DNA from: the human T2T-CHM13v2.0 reference genome, Homo sapiens
Assembly: GCF_009914755.1 (NCBI RefSeq)
Contig: NC_060929.1
Length of the DNA: 64,000 nt
Direction: 5' to 3' (one strand)
The stretch's first letter is position 1; each line of letters opens with the position of its first letter. Made by a program: the position numbers and the translations under genes. Below the pieces are notes generated by a model. It saw only the letters and a program-made list of their open reading frames with translations, had not been told where the DNA came from and did not search any database. Positions 57,483-64,000 of the stretch are shown piece after piece.

Positions 57483-59339
57483 TAGATGAGATTTCTAAGC
57501 AAAGTGTTGAAGGCATGGTGTGGTTTCTACTTGCTGCTTGTAGTGAAATGTGAGAGGTGAGAAGTCCATTGAAAGATCAATTGCTAAGCAAGAAGAAATT
57601 AGCACAATAATTTGTAAGATTTTGGCTTATTCAGATCGCATACCGTGGAAACAGGGCCAAGGATGCAGCTGGACAACTGCTTGCTAAAGTGATTTAGGTG
57701 TATAATGCAAGGATCCAATCAACCATGTCAGTAGAAGCCAGGAATACAGACATAGTGATTCATGAAAGGTGTGTGGAGGCCTCTCTTGTGTGATGTCTTG
57801 AACCTCTGTGAATTGCATGGGAAGTAGACAAGATTTCTGAAAATTCTGAAACAGCAGAAACGCTGCCTGCCTGGACTGATAAAGACATAGAAGGGGTGAA
57901 ATAAAGGAATAATGGGAACAGAATCAGTGAAGGAAAAATGACTTTGAGATCAGAGCCATAGATCCACAGAGCAGGGCCACCTCTTTGAGGTTCCAGAGGG
58001 CAGACTTCCACGGACAGCCTGGGAAACTGGGCTACCTCTCTAGGAGGCATCTCGGGGGTAGGGAGTATAGTCCAGATCCGGGAGTACTGAGCTGCCTCTC
58101 TGCCATAGGATTAGCAAGCCAAGGATAATTATTAAAAGACTTAAAATCTAATGGGTTTTATCCTGCCTAGTTTTACAATTGTTTGGGATAGGCAACTCTT
58201 ACTTTTTCCTTCCAACTTCTCTCTTTTGGTATAGAAATGTCTATTCTACTCCTATAGCAGCAGTATATTTTGAAGGAAGATAACTTGTCTGGCTCATAGT
58301 TTTACAGATGGAGAACAATTTGCTTCAGGATAAGTCAGAGCCTGAGTTTCACTCATGTCTGATTTAAATAATATTTAGATGGGATTTTATATTTAGACTT
58401 GATGTTGGAATGAGTTAAGATTTTTGGGAGTGTTGGCATGGTGTGAATGTGTCTTGCATGTGAGAAGGGCATAAATTGGGGGGAGTCAAAAGAGATTATA
58501 TTGGATTGAATTCTGTCCCGCAAAAATGTATGGATTAAAGTCAACGCCAGTAAGTCAAAATGTGACTTTCTTTGAAGACAGGGTATTTAGAGAAGTAATC
58601 CAGTTAAAATGAAGTGATTAGCATAGACTCCAAACCAAGATGACTGGGATTCTTATAAAAGGGGGACAACTGGACAGAGACATACACATAGTGAGAGCAT
58701 CATGTGAACTAAAAAGTAGAGATTGAGGTGATGCTCTACCAGCCAAGGAATGCCCCAAAATTGGCTAAAACCTCCAGAAACCAGGGGAGAGGCGTCAGAA
58801 GGAAGAAATGCTCCTAATTCCATGATCTTTGACTTCTAGCCTCCAGAACTGCAAGACAACACATTCTGTTGTTTCAGCTACCCTGTTTGTGCTCTTTGCT
58901 ATGGCAATCCTCAAAAACTAATAAAATATCACATAGACAAAACAAGAAAAAAATCTAGCCCTTTTTTAAAAAAATAAAAAATACTAAAATTTATACATAA
59001 ATTTAAATCTTATTTTTAGTTTATTTTTGATATATGTGAGATACCTATACATTGATGAAGTATTCTAATAAAATTTAACTAGCATATCCCTTCTTAATAA
59101 AGTTTTTCTTAATGTGTAAAAACATAAATGTTGCAGAATTGCAATTGAAATGAATTATTCACATTATTATAATAAATATGTTTTGCATACTCACCTGATA
59201 AACTTCCTCATTTTTCAATAGTAAATACTGTTGCTAACGTTACCCTGCATGACTAATCATTGTAAAATCTTTACAGTCTCATTTTTCTATGTGAAGAAAA
59301 GCATTACATGTCAAGAGCACTGAAGTTGGAGTTTTTGTT

Positions 59340-59490
59340 TTTTGCTTCACTCAAGGTGTGCTGATTTAAATTTTGATCACATCTTAAAAAATAGCTTCAC
59401 AGCAACATCTAGACTGGTGTTTTACCAAACAACTGGGCACCATAGCCTTTCCAAGTAGATACAAGTTGACACATAAAATTAACCATCATA
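59340..59490 (-). mobile_element. MLT2 LTR terminal fragment
   Basis: CTTCACAGCAACATCTAGACTGGTGTTT ... CAAGTTGACACATAAAATTAACCATCA. Confidence 0.85.
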
Positions 59491-59499
59491 ATCTGTAAT

Positions 59500-60070
59500 T
59501 TACTAACATTCTACTAACCTCTCCCTGGTGCAAATGATCACAATTTTTTATGTTGACCACTCATTAATTTTTAAACTGAGTTCCATATATTTACTCTTGC
59601 CCCATCCTTCTCCATAGATCCATTCTTCATATACCATCTGGAGTGAACTTTTATATTTTAGAATATAACTACAATTATATCACCCTCACACATTTAAAAC
59701 TCTGGCTTCCCATTCTCTAAGGACAAAGTCTCAAACCTTTGCAATGGTCTACAAGTACATAAAGGATTCTTCTCTATCATCCTCTGAATGCTGCTACTTG
59801 AACACTGTCCCTCTCCCACAGTGTACTCCAAGCACACTAACCTTGTTGCATTTCCTCATTCAGGACAACCTCATTCTCATCTTAGGGCATCTAGTCAACT
59901 GGTCTCCTCCTAGAATGGGCCTCTCTCAGATCTTCACATGGCCGGCTCTTTTTCATGGTGCAGGATTCTGCTTGAATTTTACCAAGTGAAACTTTTGTCC
60001 TGATTTCCTTCCTTAACTAGTAGCCTGTCTTCCCAACCCAGTTGCTCTCCATCTACTTTCCTACTTGGAA
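59500..60070 (+). mobile_element. L2 relic
   Basis: Pyrimidine-rich L2 3' features (AAAACTCTGGCTTCCCATT..AGGACAAAGTCTCAAACCTTTGCAATGGTCTACAAG). Confidence 0.6.
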
Positions 60071-61878
60071 TTTATTTGTAGTATAGTGTTTGGAGTATAG
60101 TGAGGGAGGGAGAATCGTCTTAATTAGGATGATTCAGAGGATGATGGAGAATCCTTTCTGTCCTGGTAGACCATTGAAAGGATTTGAGATTTTGTTTTTA
60201 GAGAAAGGAACGCTAAGGTCTTAACTATCACAACCTGAAATTTACTTGTGTAAATTATAATATAATTGAATTGTGTTATATTAGTTACTTACTTATCCAC
60301 TTGTTTATCTTTATGTATATCATTAGAAGTTAAGCTTCAGAAAGAAAAAGTTTTCTTCAAACAAGTTCTTTTTTCTAGCTCCAGTGCTTTATAGTGTATG
60401 GCAAATCATAAGTACTGAAAACTAATTTTGTAAAAAAAAAAAAAATAAAATAAACAAATAAATGGCTGTGCCCTAAATGTATAACTTTTACCACAAACAA
60501 AAATATTATCAAGTTGTAATAAATGATAGAAATAACAAAGTAAGCTACATAAACTTGAGTTAAACATGTATTAACTGACAATACCATATTTCTGAAATAG
60601 TTTCCTTTTCATTTAAAAATGTGATTATGTGTGTTTTGAAAACAATATAATAAAGAACAATGATTTCTTTATACTTTTGATATAGACAGACTCTCATTTC
60701 TACATCTTAGGCATTATTTACCATTTATTTACTACTACTTTTCTTGACCTCTTTGAGGAAAAATTGCAAATTAAAAACAATTGTTTATTTTACTTTATTT
60801 TCAGAAGTATGCCTACATGTTTATAGGGCTTACTTCTAAGAGGTTACTCACAGTGGAGTTTGTAATAAAGTTGAAAGTATTAAAGTTAAAGATAAAGTAT
60901 GACTTTGAAAACATTGCTAAATGGAGAATTCCTCTGACTCATTTTCAATTTTAAGAGACATAAATGATTACAATATATTTACAAATTGTTATTGTTTGGG
61001 TTTAATTTGCATATTTTGTAGACTTAATAAGGTTGATTCAAAAGAAGAATACTTAGGGATTTGGTATTACAAGGATTCCTTATTTTCTGCTTGGAATTTT
61101 TAACATAAGCAAACAAACAAATATAAGAAATGTTTACACCAAGGCTTTGCAACAGTTATTAAGCAGAAGCAAATTAATTCCATTCTTATACCCTCTAGCT
61201 CAGCCAGAAGCATTATTAGACTGCACCATTAAAAATAAGATAAATTGATTTATTAAAAAATAAGAAAACATAAAATAACAGATAATTTAAAAATTAAAAT
61301 CTTTTAATTTCTGTAAATAGTTTTTTCATCCCAATGTGTACCACCATACCCTGAATTTGGAACAGTCCGTACACAATGGCAACGATACATAAATGTTACT
61401 GTAGACAGTGCAACTTGTAGATTTTGAAAAATTTTGCTTTTGTTTCTATTTTCATTTTCTCTTTCTTTATAAAGATATTTTACCTGCAATTAAGCCCCCA
61501 AAGTTGAAACCTTTTTTGGTCATTTATTTTTAGAACTTTCCTTTTCTGTTTGGAATAAGGACCAGAAAGATTTTCCAAAAAATATAAATAATAAGATGTT
61601 AAAATGGGAATCTTCATTTATGTTTGTTGTCACAGAAAGCTAAAAATAAATAGGAGGAAAAGGTTCTACTTACCAATGTGAATTGTTTAACCACCTATAC
61701 AGAACTTAAAAAGGAGATTTCAAGGTCCTTAGGCCAATAACCAACTTAAAGAGTTAGAATAGTTCAGACTAAAGTGGCCAAATAAGAGTGAATTTGAATG
61801 TGTGTGTGTGCATGTTTGCATGTTTAAATATATACTTTTTTATGTTTTGCTTTTGCCTATCTACTTTACCTTTGTTAA

Positions 61879-62209
<331 letters not shown>

Positions 62210-64000
62210 TAGTGTCTTTTTTAAATTAAAATTTATGTCTTTATTAGAGAAAAACAAAAGTAAAAATATTTTGATTCTAAAAATCTAAGCAATTTTATAC
62301 AAATATCTGAAGACTTAGAGTTGCTGGGACCATCAGCATTCATAGATAAGTGAACTGAGATTGGATTCTTGTATTTTGCCAGGTTGCGTATGCTCAGATT
62401 ATACCACCAAAAGTCCAAAGCACCATGTCTTCTGTCCACTAAGCTTAAAGAACTGAGTTTCTAAACTTAATTATTTATCTCCATTTTGATTAGTCCATAG
62501 AAGTGGGTCTTGGTCTAAGGACCATAAAACCTTTACTCATATAACAGTATTAGGTAAGTGAATAGGTCAGTGAGATAGCCCTCCTGCATGCATTGACTCA
62601 AGAACTCAGTTTGACAAAAGCTCTGTCACATAAAATACATGGATTCCTAGGTCTTCATTCCATTTAGACAGCAAGAAAGTGATAACATCATGGAAAAGCA
62701 GGCACCCGAGATGTCCATGGGCTGGTCCTGGAAGGGGACATAAGACTTTCACTCATATTCCATATGCTAGAACTTTGTCTCAGTGCAATTTCTAACAGCA
62801 GAGTTATCTAATAAATCTAGTTGCTATTTGGACAGCTAATCTCCTGCATTAAATTGATGCTAAGGAATATTGGTAGCTGATCACATTCTGTATATGACCT
62901 CTTCTTCTCAAAGGATTCCCTCCATTCTCTTGCTTCAACTATATTCTGACTTATTTCCAGAACATCATTTCTCTGACTTCCTCTAGTAATCAATTTTAAA
63001 TTCTTAAATACTTGTGGCTCAAAATAAAGAGGCATATATTTACCCTAATTGTTCATTGTTACCTTCACTATATAAATACAGTTCTCAATGGGGGTGTCTG
63101 CATTTTCCATGCCAATAAATCCAACAATTTTTATATCTTCTGCATTATTTGACATTTCAGCCACATTTGAGACTTCAGTTTTCCTTGTTGACACACTTTC
63201 ATTAATCAGCTTGACATTCTCTTGGTTTTATGATTTCTCCTCATTTTTCTCTTTCTAAGGAGTGATATCGGACAGGGTAGTGAAGGGAGTCATGTGATGA
63301 ATGGTATTACTAACACTGCTATCAGTTGTTAGACACTTCTATTTCAAACAAAATAAAGTCTAGGAATGGAAATAAAAAACAAAGCAAGGGTTTCCTACTG
63401 GAACCATTTCCATGTAAGTCTACACAAAATCCCCTCAGATAGCCTTGACTTCATTTTTGCAGTACTTGGTCATGCAGACATATTATTTTATGGATACTCA
63501 CAAATGAGTTGGGGAAATTTGAAGGCTTAATCTTTGTACTTTAAAAAGTCTATTCTGCAAACTTTAACCAGACTAGTATGATCTTTGCTGTCCACATTTT
63601 CTCATAATTTCTTTGTCATCTAGAAAGCTTTATTTTTAACTATTGCAAAAATCAAAAAATGTAGGAAAGAAAAATAGAGAAGATCACTAGGAAACAGAAG
63701 AGTAAGATAAAAAGAAGACAAGTTACATTCCTAAATTGATTTTATTTTCATTCCTAATATCCTTAATGCAATTCAGAGTTGCCCACACATGGAATTTAGA
63801 AAAAAAATGAACAAATGTTATAATTAACTGGGAAGCTAGCTGCAAAGGAATAACAACTGTATTCTACCTTGCAGTTTTTTATTCAGTGGATTTGAAAAAA
63901 AGTTCTGATAATAGGTATTTTTAACTAGGTCTGTGGGTGATTTTTTCATGACAATGGGTTGAGGACTTTAAGAACTAGGTTTAAGAAATTATAATTTTAC

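Overview
AT-rich primate (human or great-ape) genomic DNA that is intergenic or deep-intronic. No protein-coding gene, RNA gene or CpG island could be supported; every ORF in the track with recognisable homology derives from L1 or Alu, and the rest are low-complexity or chance ORFs. The window is a layered transposon record: a Tigger1 3' part, about 20 Alus (J, S, Y), two L1PA insertions with twin-priming 5' inversions and recoverable TSDs (8109-9444 and 49069-54305), old L1M scaffolds, MaLR/ERVL LTRs (THE1, MSTA, MLT1, MLT2, LTR16/41-like), a two-LTR MLT1 provirus, MADE1 MITEs, Tigger3 and Charlie fragments, and MIR/L2 relics. The most notable non-routine observations are: a ~130-bp local duplication whose two copies were each hit by an Alu at almost the same site on opposite strands; a ~90-bp MLT2 piece apparently copied 2.6 kb downstream; a tandem duplication spanning an Alu 5' junction; a ~305-bp mirror-like polypurine tract; and a unique CpG-retaining island at 16.06-16.55 kb with a DR1/FOX/GATA/ONECUT motif cluster and good minus-strand splice signals. 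I found no evidence of a new biological system. Subfamily calls are by eye from remembered consensus features, and boundaries of old repeats are approximate.
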